DNA of 62,357 nt, filler included. It is 5 parts of 5 records of this genome, joined end to end, with 100 filler letters (N's around TTAATTAATTAA, not from the genome) between each part and the next. Parts side by side here need not be neighbours in the genome. Positions count along the whole stretch, not along the records: positions 1 to 20,037 come from DRR723986_25491; 4 more parts are not named here. The stretch is one strand, 5' to 3'. Positions 10,943 to 20,137 of the stretch are shown piece after piece (the first letter of the stretch is position 1; each line of letters opens with the position of its first letter). The notes under the pieces are model-generated. The model was not told where the DNA came from, ran no database searches, and saw only the letters and a program-made list of their open reading frames with translations. Both the position numbers and the translations under genes were made by a program.

Positions 10943-12667
10943 TTAATCAATGGTTATGCGGCTGACTTCCTCCAGGCTTATCAAGCCTTGCGCAGCCTTC
11001 ATCAGCGCTGAACGTCGCAGATCATTGAAACCTTCCGCTCGCGCCTGCCGGGAGATCTCGAGGGAATTCCCCTCTTCCATAATCATCCTGGCGATTTCCG
11101 GTGTGACTCTCACGACCTCGTAGACGCCTACGCGCCCCTTGTAACCATCTTTACAGTTCTTACAGCCCACGGCGGACATGATTGTTGCATCGGCGAGTAA
11201 CTCATCATCGAAGCCGAGCTTTTTGAGTGCTTCCTCCGGGATGTCCTCAGCGGGAACACTACACTCCTTGCAGAGCCTTCTTGCGAGGCGTTGCGCGATG
11301 ATCAGATCGACCGAGGTGGCGAGGTTGAAGGACGGTACGCCCATATTCAGTAATCGGGTGATAGTCTCGGCAGCACTGTTAGTGTGCAGTGTAGACAGAA
11401 CCAAGTGACCGGTTTGTGCGGCCTTGATGGCGATCTCTGCGGTTTCCAGGTCCCGAATCTCACCCACCATAATCACGTCGGGGTCCTGACGTAGGAACGA
11501 GCGCAGCGCTTCGGCGAAATTCAGGCCAACCTTGGCATTTACATGCACTTGGTTGATACCGGCCATATTTATTTCGACAGGGTCTTCCGCTGTGGATATG
11601 TTGCGTTCCGGCTGGTTGAGGATGTTCAGGCCGGTGTAGAGCGAGACAGTTTTACCGGACCCTGTAGGGCCTGTGACTAGAATCATGCCCTGAGGTTTGG
11701 AGAGGGCATCCAGGTAGAGCTGCTTCTGCTCTTCCTCGTAGCCGAGGGCGTCGATGCCCATCGTGGCGCTGGATGGGTCGAGAATACGCAGAACGATTTT
11801 CTCGCCAAACAGTGTCGGCAACGTGTTTACACGGAAGTCGATGGCTCGATTCCTTGAAAGCTTCATCTGGATTCTGCCGTCCTGCGGGATGCGTCGTTCG
11901 GAGATATCCATTTGGGACATCACCTTCAAGCGGGCGGCCAGCCTCGGCGACAGATTCCGGGGTGGTTTGACAACCTCACGCAGTACGCCATCAGTTCGAA
12001 ATCTGACGCGATAATCTTTCTCGTAGGGTTCGAAGTGAATATCAGATGCCCCCTGCTTGATCGCATCAATCAACACCTTGTTGACAAAGCGAACAATCGG
12101 GGTCTCGTCAATACCCTGGGTCCCTTCCTCGTCATCTTTGTCGGTTCCGCCCGCATCAATGTCAATGTCATCGAAATCCCCGCTCTCCAGATCGCCAAGG
12201 CCTTCTCCCAGCGTATCCTGTGTTTCGATCCAGGCGAGGATGAACGCGTTGAGGGCTTTCTCTTCAATCAGGACTGCGTCGGTGTTTATACCGGTATGAA
12301 ACTTGATCTCATCCAGTGCGGCGAGATTGGTGGGGTCAGAAATTGCAACGAAGAGTCTGTTTCCGCGACGGAAGATCGGCAGGGCGTGATGTTTGGTGAC
12401 GAGGTCGGGCTCGATAAGACCTTCGGGGATGGAACTTGTGGTAAATGCGTTGATATCAAACAGCGGTACGCCGAATTCTAATGATGCCACCTCAGCCAGA
12501 CGGCGGCTGTCGACGTTCTTGTGCTCTACGAGATACTGCACCAAGGGCATGCGTTCCTGCCCGGCCGCCTTTTGGGCATCCCTAGCGAGGTCTGCTTCAA
12601 TTAGGCCCTCGGCCACAAGCCTGCCTGCTAGGCCGCTTATCTGGCTGTTTGCTCGTTCATTCATCAT
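10943..12667 (-). CDS. pilB: Type IV pilus assembly ATPase
   Basis: GPTGSGKT, TAEDPVE, LRQDPDVIMVGEIRD, TGHLVLSTLHTN, tetracysteine motif. Confidence 0.97.
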   Translation of the reverse strand: MMNERANSQISGLAGRLVAEGLIEADLARDAQKAAGQERMPLVQYLVEHKNVDSRRLAEVASLEFGVPLFDINAFTTSSIPEGLIEPDLVTKHHALPIFRRGNRLFVAISDPTNLAALDEIKFHTGINTDAVLIEEKALNAFILAWIETQDTLGEGLGDLESGDFDDIDIDAGGTDKDDEEGTQGIDETPIVRFVNKVLIDAIKQGASDIHFEPYEKDYRVRFRTDGVLREVVKPPRNLSPRLAARLKVMSQMDISERRIPQDGRIQMKLSRNRAIDFRVNTLPTLFGEKIVLRILDPSSATMGIDALGYEEEQKQLYLDALSKPQGMILVTGPTGSGKTVSLYTGLNILNQPERNISTAEDPVEINMAGINQVHVNAKVGLNFAEALRSFLRQDPDVIMVGEIRDLETAEIAIKAAQTGHLVLSTLHTNSAAETITRLLNMGVPSFNLATSVDLIIAQRLARRLCKECSVPAEDIPEEALKKLGFDDELLADATIMSAVGCKNCKDGYKGRVGVYEVVRVTPEIARMIMEEGNSLEISRQARAEGFNDLRRSALMKAAQGLISLEEVSRITID

Positions 12668-12987
12668 GATTCACTTGTTATGGTGCAAAGGAGTGCGCCA
12701 TTCGACGCTAGAAGTATACCTAGGTACGGGCAGGGCGCACAGCGCGGGATAGTGCTTAAGTTGTGGAAAAGTTGAGATTTTCTGCGCCAACCTGCCTATG
12801 AGGTGGCCCGTGTATGTTCCAGGCTCTATTGGCCACTCGGGCTGGCTCATGTAATGTGCCGTTTGCTTCGAAGCGATGAAGTGGACTCCATACTGTCGAA
12901 TATCGTCACTTTCTGTCTGCATACTGCTACCTCAGCCTTTCTCCTTTGAGCAGTGAAGGGTGCCATACCTTCAGTTTCATACAATAG

Positions 12988-13000
12988 TAACTCATTGAAA
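12988..13000 (-). promoter_or_regulatory. Putative IHF binding site upstream of the pilA sigma54 promoter
   Basis: Minus strand TTTCAATGAGTTA vs consensus WATCAANNNNTTR (1 mismatch), AT-rich, about 40 bp upstream of the -24 box. Confidence 0.5.
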
Positions 13001-13040
13001 TACAACAAATACTAGGTAACTATCAAATTGACCTCGGCTC

Positions 13041-13057
13041 TTGGCACGGTCATTGCT
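13041..13057 (+). promoter_or_regulatory. Sigma54 (RpoN) -24/-12 promoter of pilA
   Basis: TTGGCACGGTCATTGCT matches TGGCAC-N5-TTGCW exactly; pilA genes are commonly RpoN/PilR-dependent. Confidence 0.85.
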
Positions 13058-13132
13058 AGGTGTAAATGGCTAGTGCGGTGCGTCAGCAACGCGTCCGGAC
13101 TGAAGATAGTTTAATCTTTTGGAGAAAAGGCT

Positions 13133-13612
13133 ATGAATACGAAAAGGAATGCACAGAAGGGCTTTACCCTCATTGAACTGATGATCGTCATCGCGATCGT
13201 CGGTATTCTGGCGGCGATTGCTCTGCCCGCATATCAAGACTACGTTGTTCGCTCAAAAATGTCTGAGCCTTTGGCTGCATTGGCTGAGGCGAAGACAACG
13301 GTGACAGAATTCTACTCTTCTCAGAACAGAATTCCCGCCACCCAAGCAGAATCCGGAATCGTAAGTACTCGGAGTAACAGCGATATCATCCTTAACATCG
13401 TATATGGTTCGGATGGAGGAAGGAATCCGGCTATTACCGCCGTTATCGATGACCCGGTTATTCCAAATTCATCTGCAGATCAAGCCTTCTATCTTTCAGG
13501 TACGGCGAACACTGACGGTACTATCACTTGGACTTGCAAAGCAGGCGGTGGCGCAGATTCAACAGTCACAGCAGCATTGGCGTCGAAGTATTTGCCTGCA
13601 AACTGCCGCTAG
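13133..13612 (+). CDS. pilA: Type IVa major pilin
   Basis: Leader [10 protein letters not shown] then [28 protein letters not shown]-terminal disulfide loop ending KYLPANCR; divergent from pilB. Confidence 0.97.
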   Translation: MNTKRNAQKGFTLIELMIVIAIVGILAAIALPAYQDYVVRSKMSEPLAALAEAKTTVTEFYSSQNRIPATQAESGIVSTRSNSDIILNIVYGSDGGRNPAITAVIDDPVIPNSSADQAFYLSGTANTDGTITWTCKAGGGADSTVTAALASKYLPANCR

Positions 13613-13634
13613 TAAGCGGTCGTTTACAGCGAAT

Positions 13635-13667
13635 AGAGACCCGGCATTCGCCGGGTTTCTCTCTTTT
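13635..13667 (+). terminator. Rho-independent terminator after pilA
   Basis: AGAGACCCGGC-ATTC-GCCGGGTTTCT hairpin followed by CTCTTTT. Confidence 0.75.
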
Positions 13668-13687
13668 CAGGCTAGCAGATTGGAGGA

Positions 13688-15640
13688 ATGATGGTTCTAG
13701 CCTCTAAGAGATCTCGCTTGACGCAAACGTGGTTGTTCTTCATCGCGGGGCTTACGTTTGCATCTTACTATGGCGGGTTGTACGGCCCGTTTCTTTTCGA
13801 TGACTACACATCGATAGTCAATAATCCTTTTCTCCGGTTTGACCCATTGAGTATCAATCAATGGCGTGAGGCGGCATTAAGCTTTGACGGTAGTGTGCTT
13901 GGCCGCCCGGTGGCCATGCTGACGTTTGCTTTGGACAGTGCAATTTCGGGTAGTCCAAGCGCAATAACGACTAAATTTGGCAATCTGTTGCTCCACCTCG
14001 GCGCGGGTGTGCTCGTATTCGAGCTAGCGAGACTCATCTCAGTTGCCGTTGGTGTCGGTTGGGCATCTTGTTGGCAGTGCGCCTGGTTCCCGCGTCTCGC
14101 AGCAGCGATGTGGTTATTGCACCCACTCCATGTGTCGACGGTTCTGTACCCGGTTCAGCGAATGGCCCAGCTATCGACCATTTTTGTTTTGCTAGGTCTT
14201 GTTGTCTTCTTTCGCTATAGGCTGCGCTGGGCGCAGTTCGGCTTCGAGCGTGGCGGTGATCTGGCGGGCTCGGTGCTGTGGATTTTGCTCTTTACCTGCC
14301 TGGCGGTTTTCTCCAAAGAGAATGGAATACTGTTGCTTTGGCTAATACCTTTGGCGGAGTTGGCTTTTTTCTCCGGGCAATGGAGCGGAAAGAGGAGTCG
14401 ATGTATTACCGCTTTAGGCTGGTTGGCGCTTCTATGCCCTGTACTTTTGCTGATCACGTTTTACCTGTGGATTCCAGATTGGTTTCATGGGCAGTACGAG
14501 GGTAGGAACTTTAGTCTCGGCGAGCGTCTGATGACACAAGCTCGGCTCCTTTGGCAATATTTAACATGGATCGCACTGCCCAACATTTATTCGATGGGAA
14601 TGCACCACGATGATATCGAGCTATCTGCTGGTCTACTAACGCCAGTCACAACGCTTTTATCTATTTCCGGATTGGTAGTCCTTCTTGCCCTCGCGATTTT
14701 GCTTAGGAAAAAACACAGTATTTTCGCTTTCTCAGCCTTATTTTTCTTGATTGCGCATTCTATGGAGTCATCGTTCTTGGCTCTGGAAATCATCTATGAG
14801 CATCGCAATTATTTGCCTAGTGTTTCAGTATGTATTTTTCTGGCGTACATCATCACGGCGTTGGGCGATCGCTACTATAGTTCCGCGCCTCGGCGACTTG
14901 TTCTGTTCGCTCCAATCATTGTTTTAGCGGCTTTGCTAGGCATAAGGTCGTTCATTTGGTCTGATGAGTTGCTGATGGGGCAGTCTCATGTATCCAACCA
15001 TCCAGAATCACCTCGTTCGCGCTTTTTTTATGCCTTGGCTCTGCAGCGCGAGTATTTCAAGCTTGCAAATACAGGCAGCCAGGATCCCGAGTTACTGAAG
15101 GCGGTTGCGGTGGCCTCTCGTGCTGAACTTGAGGAGATGCAACGCCTATCTCCCGGAGATTTCGCCGCGCCTGTAATGTTGCAGTTTATCGACTCAACTA
15201 TGTTTCCGGGTCTAAGCGATGATGGAAGCTATATCGAAGCTATCGAGGGGGTGTTGAGCGATCGTGTCCTTCAGGCATCTGACTATGCGGCGATTTCACA
15301 TCTTGTTACATGCGTTGTCGAAAATTATTGTTCCCAGGAGATATCTCGCAGAGTTTTGCATTTATTGGTTCGTATGGTCGAGTTAATGCCAGGCGACCAT
15401 AAATTGCTCTTCGAATTGTATCGATTCTATGCGGCAACTGATTTCGACGCGTCCGAAAGGATTGAATTGCTAAGAACTCTTGCAGCTTCCCATCCAAACA
15501 TTTATAGCCACTATTACTTGCTTGAGCTTTCTCGACGAGGTGATCTTTCCAGTATGTATGGCGTAGTTGGAAACTGGATCGATAATGATCCGGAAAGAAG
15601 ATTTCTCACAAGAATCCTCGAGCTTTTCGCCGCAAAGTGA
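13688..15640 (+). CDS. Polytopic GT-C-type membrane glycosyltransferase, TMTC/TfpW-like (copy 1)
   Basis: FLFDD acidic pair after TM1, GRPV, NLLLH, HPLHVSTVLYPVQRM, SKE, YEHRNYLPS; many hydrophobic segments plus helical C-terminal domain; directly downstream of pilA. Confidence 0.75.
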   Translation: MMVLASKRSRLTQTWLFFIAGLTFASYYGGLYGPFLFDDYTSIVNNPFLRFDPLSINQWREAALSFDGSVLGRPVAMLTFALDSAISGSPSAITTKFGNLLLHLGAGVLVFELARLISVAVGVGWASCWQCAWFPRLAAAMWLLHPLHVSTVLYPVQRMAQLSTIFVLLGLVVFFRYRLRWAQFGFERGGDLAGSVLWILLFTCLAVFSKENGILLLWLIPLAELAFFSGQWSGKRSRCITALGWLALLCPVLLLITFYLWIPDWFHGQYEGRNFSLGERLMTQARLLWQYLTWIALPNIYSMGMHHDDIELSAGLLTPVTTLLSISGLVVLLALAILLRKKHSIFAFSALFFLIAHSMESSFLALEIIYEHRNYLPSVSVCIFLAYIITALGDRYYSSAPRRLVLFAPIIVLAALLGIRSFIWSDELLMGQSHVSNHPESPRSRFFYALALQREYFKLANTGSQDPELLKAVAVASRAELEEMQRLSPGDFAAPVMLQFIDSTMFPGLSDDGSYIEAIEGVLSDRVLQASDYAAISHLVTCVVENYCSQEISRRVLHLLVRMVELMPGDHKLLFELYRFYAATDFDASERIELLRTLAASHPNIYSHYYLLELSRRGDLSSMYGVVGNWIDNDPERRFLTRILELFAAK

Positions 15641-17565
15641 CGGAACATAAAAACAGGATGCAAAAATCTCTGACCTCGATGTGGGTTATCTCCGCTTTCC
15701 TATGCATTTCGGTTCTTGTCACGTTCGCGTATGCGCCTGGAATACAAGGCCCAGCACTTTTAGATGATCAGCGCAGTATTGCGAAAGTCAGCCAAGCTCT
15801 TCTGGCTGGAGAATCCGCTGAGAGTATTATCTTCGGAGATAGCTCCGGGTTATTGGGCAGACCGGTATCTGTAGCCAGCTTCTACTTCGAGAAGTTAGTT
15901 TTTGAGGATTCCTTGCGGAACTCAAAAGCGATAAATATCGGTCTTCATTTGGTGAATGGGGCGCTGGTATTCCTATTGTTTCTTCAGCTTTTTCACCTGT
16001 CCCCTCTGCATGGCAAGCTCATACTTCCGATTCTCGCTGCTGCTTTTTGGATGATTTCACCTTTGTTCGTTAGCACGGTTCTATACTCAGTTCAGCGCAT
16101 GGCAATGCTTGCAGCATTCTTCAGTCTCGTTTCCTTAAACTGTTATTTGCTTGGAAGGTCACAGAGCGCGCGCAGAGGATTCGCCTGGATAGTATTTGCG
16201 CTGCTATCTGGCGCTGTTGGAGCGCTTGCGAAAGAGAATGCCCTGTTGGTTTTCCCTCTGCTGATCGCGTTGGAAATATTCTGGCTTCAAGCAAATAACT
16301 GGTCCGGCATCCCGGGTCACCTTAGAGCTCGATCTGGACAGGCCTTTGCAGGCGCGATCTTGCTAGCTGCTGTATGCGGCCTCTGGTTGGCTATTAATTC
16401 TGTAAGTTCCTGGTACGCGGGCGTTGATTATTCGATGTCACAGAGGTTTTTAACTCAAGCTCGGGTTTTATGGGACTATGTGGCCCAGTTTTATATTCCT
16501 CAGGTAGACCGCATGGGGATCTACCATGATGATTTTGCGCTATCGACTTCACTTCGATACTCTGATGGCACGTTTCGTGCGCTGCTCGGATGGATAACCG
16601 TTATGTTATCAATAGCCGCACTTTCCTTCTATCAAGTGGGCAGGCGTATCGCTTTCGGGGCTATATTCTTTTTGCTGGCTCACGCAATGGAGTCCTCGAT
16701 TCTCCCACTTGAACTTTATTACGAACACAGAAACTACTTGCCGGCTATTGGGCTGGCATTACTGCCCGCGGTCGTTTTGGGGGTAGTAAGCAGTTCTTAC
16801 CCCCTGCTCTTGAAGCCATTGGTTGCATGGATTGTGATTTATGCAAGTCTATTGCTTGGCCAGTTGGCGTCTCAAGTAGCAGTTTGGTCCAGCGAGCCAG
16901 TTCTCACGTTATCGAGTGTAGTACATCACCCCCTATCTCAGAGGGCGCGCGCTGCGCTGGCGCTCCAGTTGGCCGGGCTTGGTCAGACAGAGGCGGCGTT
17001 GACGCAGTCCTTGGAGTCGTATAAGGCCAGTGCGTTAACCAGGGCTGTGCCCCGACAAACTGAAGGCGATTGGATCGTTCGCGATATGGCGCTCATTTGC
17101 ATTGCTAGTAAGAAAATTGATGATGCCGTAATGGTTAGGTTGAAAAACCTCGGGCCAGCCGCAAGGCCGATTTCTTCTGCAAGAACCATGAAGATACTAG
17201 TTGACGCATTGAATAACGGCGTTTGCCCTGGCAGCTGGTGGCATCAAGTATCTGATGCTATGTTCGATCTTTACGACCCAAAGGCAGAAGCTTTTAAGGC
17301 TTCCGCGGACATATACGCACTATTGGCCGGTGTCGATAATGCTTTGGCTAGATATGAGAATGCGTATTGGTACAATGAGCGCCAGCTTCAGATTCAACCT
17401 TCGAGCATACGAGCACATCTGATGAAGTTACAGTTTACCCTTGCCACTCACCGGGCATCTGAATTTGTTACAGCGCGGAACGCATTACTAGAAATGCGAG
17501 ATAGGGGATTGCTTGGGAAAGAAGAATCTCGGGTTCTTGATCTTTATACTGAGGTTCAATTGTAA
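15637..17565 (+). CDS. Polytopic GT-C-type membrane glycosyltransferase, TMTC/TfpW-like (copy 2)
   Basis: ALLDD, GRPV, NIGLH, STVLYSVQRM, AKE, TQARVLWDY, YHDD, YEHRNYLPA; GTG start overlaps the previous TGA (GTGA). Confidence 0.75.
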   Translation: MTEHKNRMQKSLTSMWVISAFLCISVLVTFAYAPGIQGPALLDDQRSIAKVSQALLAGESAESIIFGDSSGLLGRPVSVASFYFEKLVFEDSLRNSKAINIGLHLVNGALVFLLFLQLFHLSPLHGKLILPILAAAFWMISPLFVSTVLYSVQRMAMLAAFFSLVSLNCYLLGRSQSARRGFAWIVFALLSGAVGALAKENALLVFPLLIALEIFWLQANNWSGIPGHLRARSGQAFAGAILLAAVCGLWLAINSVSSWYAGVDYSMSQRFLTQARVLWDYVAQFYIPQVDRMGIYHDDFALSTSLRYSDGTFRALLGWITVMLSIAALSFYQVGRRIAFGAIFFLLAHAMESSILPLELYYEHRNYLPAIGLALLPAVVLGVVSSSYPLLLKPLVAWIVIYASLLLGQLASQVAVWSSEPVLTLSSVVHHPLSQRARAALALQLAGLGQTEAALTQSLESYKASALTRAVPRQTEGDWIVRDMALICIASKKIDDAVMVRLKNLGPAARPISSARTMKILVDALNNGVCPGSWWHQVSDAMFDLYDPKAEAFKASADIYALLAGVDNALARYENAYWYNERQLQIQPSSIRAHLMKLQFTLATHRASEFVTARNALLEMRDRGLLGKEESRVLDLYTEVQL

Positions 17566-17566
17566 G

Positions 17567-18430
17567 ATGAATGTCTCAGTTGTGATCCCAGCAAAAAATG
17601 AGCTATTGGGGCTCGAATCGTTGTTGCCATTGGTGAAGGGCATAGGCGATATAATCGAAATTCTAATCGTTGACGATGGTTCGACTGATGGTAGTTCAGG
17701 ATTCGCTGCGGAAAATGGTGCCATAGTCATCAGAAATCCCTACTCAAAAGGCAACGGCGCCGCCATCAAAGCCGGCGCCCGCGCCGCAACGGGCGATATC
17801 ATCGTCTTCATGGATGGCGACGGCCAGCACGACCCCGGGGATATCCAGCGCCTGCTCGACAAGCTGGAAGAAGGCTACGACATGGTCGTCGGTGCTCGCA
17901 GTGGCTTATCCTCCCAGGCCAGTGTCTGGCGCTGGAGCGCCAATGCCTTTTACAACAAACTCGCCAGTTGGATGGTTGGCCACAAGATCGATGATCTGAC
18001 TTCGGGTTTCCGCGCCGTCAGGCGAGAAAAATTCCTGCAGTTTCTATACTTGCTTCCCAATGGCTTCAGTTATCCCACGACCTCTACCATGGCCTTTTTT
18101 CGCGCGGGGTATTCGGTTGGTTTCCTGCCGATTGAGGTTTCCAAGCGGGTGGGCAAAAGTCATATCAAGCTGTGGCGCGATGGGATTCGCTTTTTCCTGA
18201 TTATCTTCAAAATTGGCACCCTGTATTCGCCGCTTAAGGTTTACTTTCCAACGGCTGTGATGATCAGCGGGCTAGGTGTGCTGAATTATCTGTTGAAAGC
18301 CGTAACGACAGGTTCGTTCCAGTTCACGAACATGAGCACACTCTTGATTCTTGCGGGGATTCTCGTGTTTCTTATCGGCTTGCTATCGGAACAGCTTACC
18401 AATCTTCAGTATAAGGATTCCGACAGGTAG
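17567..18430 (+). CDS. GT2 family glycosyltransferase, DPM1-like (probable polyprenyl-phosphate sugar synthase) with two C-terminal TM helices
   Basis: VSVVIPAKNE, VDDGSTD, MDGDGQH, GYDMVVGAR, DLTSGFRA; ATG 17567 lies 1 nt after the previous stop. Confidence 0.85.
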   Translation: MNVSVVIPAKNELLGLESLLPLVKGIGDIIEILIVDDGSTDGSSGFAAENGAIVIRNPYSKGNGAAIKAGARAATGDIIVFMDGDGQHDPGDIQRLLDKLEEGYDMVVGARSGLSSQASVWRWSANAFYNKLASWMVGHKIDDLTSGFRAVRREKFLQFLYLLPNGFSYPTTSTMAFFRAGYSVGFLPIEVSKRVGKSHIKLWRDGIRFFLIIFKIGTLYSPLKVYFPTAVMISGLGVLNYLLKAVTTGSFQFTNMSTLLILAGILVFLIGLLSEQLTNLQYKDSDR

Positions 18431-18453
18431 AGAGGCCCAGCCTGCCGCGCCGT

Positions 18454-18933
18454 TCAGAACGGCACCGGCAGGGCCAGGGTCTCCTTCACCTGCTCCATCA
18501 CCACATAACTCGTCGACTCCAGCACGCCCGGCAAGGTCAGCAAGGTTTCGCCCAGAAACTCACGGTAGGCGGCCATGTCCGCAACTCTCGCCTTGATCAG
18601 GTAGTCGAAGTTGCCTGACACCAGGTAGCACTCCTGAACTTCCTCCAGGTCGCGGGCGGCCTCAGTGAATTCGGTGAAGATGTCCTGTGAGGTCCGGTTC
18701 AGCCGGATCTGAACGAAGACCACCAGACCCCGGTCAAGGTATTCCGGGTTGAGAATGGTCTGGTAGCCGCGGATGACGCCCTCCCGCTCCAGCCGTTTGA
18801 CGCGTTCCTTGCAGGGTGTGGTGCTCAGTCCAATCTCGCGGGCCAGTTCGGCATAGCTGGTGCGAGCATCCTTCTGCAGGATGCGCAGAATGTTGCGATC
18901 TATGCGGTTCAGTTCATGCATCTTGCGGCGCAT
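18454..18933 (-). CDS. lrp: Lrp/AsnC family transcriptional regulator, divergent from ald
   Basis: IDRNILRILQKDAR, GLSTTPCKERVKRLE, ECYLVSGNFDYLIKARV, SYVVMEQVK. Confidence 0.88.
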   Translation of the reverse strand: MRRKMHELNRIDRNILRILQKDARTSYAELAREIGLSTTPCKERVKRLEREGVIRGYQTILNPEYLDRGLVVFVQIRLNRTSQDIFTEFTEAARDLEEVQECYLVSGNFDYLIKARVADMAAYREFLGETLLTLPGVLESTSYVVMEQVKETLALPVPF

Positions 18934-19122
18934 CGGGACTCTCCAATTGGTTATAAGCGGTAGGCTATTCGGCCATAATGAGTTCTAGCATAAGCTGAAA
19001 GCACTAAAAATATCATCATGGAAGTCGAAACAACTGCTAAGTGATAGTAAATATAGAGGAAAAGTCTATTTCCTGTCGATAGCATACTCGCCAATAACCA
19101 CCTTCTCTGATGGAGAACAGCG

Positions 19123-20037
19123 ATGTTGATTGGCGTACCCAAGGAAATAAAAAATCACGAATACCGTATCGGGCTGACCCCAGCGGGCGTCAAGGAACTG
19201 GTCCAGCACGGACACCAGGTGCTCGTCGAGAAGGCTGGTGGCCTTGCTATTGGTTTTGATGATGCGCAGTACGTTGCCGCCGGCGCGGAGATCGTCGAAA
19301 AGGCGGCGGATATCTTTGCCCGCGCCGAGATGATCATCAAGGTCAAGGAGCCACAGCCCGCGGAGTGCCGCATGCTGCGTCCCGGCCAGACCCTGTTCAC
19401 CTACTTGCATCTGGCCCCGGACCCCGAGCAGGCACGCCTGTTGCTGGAATCCGGTGCGACCTGTGTTGCCTATGAAACGGTGACCTCCGAGGGACGCGGC
19501 TTGCCCCTGCTGGCCCCTATGAGCGAAGTTGCCGGGCGCATGTCCATTCAGGCTGGCGCTCACAACCTGGAAAAAGCCCAGGGCGGCAACGGCATGCTGC
19601 TCGGTGGAGTGCCGGGCGTCGAGCCGGCGAAGGTCCTCGTTATCGGTGGCGGCGTGGTTGGTATCAACGCCGCTCGTATGGCGATGGGAATGGGCGCCGA
19701 TGTCACCATCCTCGATCGCTCACTGGATCGGCTCAAGGAACTGGACATGATCTTCGCCGGCCGTCTTAAGACGGTTTATTCAACGGCGGATGCGATCGAA
19801 CGTCACGCCCTGGAAGCCGACCTGGTAGTCGGTGCGGTATTGATCCCCGGCGCCGCGGCGCCGAAGCTGATCACCCGCGAACTGGTTTCGCGCATGAAGA
19901 CCGGCGCGGTAATGGTCGACGTCGCGATCGACCAGGGTGGCTGTTTCGAAACCTCAAAACCCACCACGCACCAGGAGCCGACCTACGTCGTGGACGGGGT
20001 AGTGCACTACTGCGTGGCCAACATGCCGGGCGGCGTT
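19123..20037 (+). CDS. ald: Alanine dehydrogenase (3' truncated by contig end)
   Basis: [55 protein letters not shown]. Confidence 0.97.
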
Positions 20038-20137
20038 NNNNNNNNNNNNNNNNNNNNNNNNNNNNNNNNNNNNNNNNNNNNTTAATTAATTAANNNNNNN
20101 NNNNNNNNNNNNNNNNNNNNNNNNNNNNNNNNNNNNN
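20038..20137. other. Artificial contig linker
   Basis: N44-TTAATTAATTAA-N44, giving stops in all six frames. Confidence 0.99.

Noticed and set aside
20038-20137. TTAATTAATTAA palindrome in N runs (four copies) and ORFs reading through X residues
   Set aside because: Artificial contig spacer, not biology
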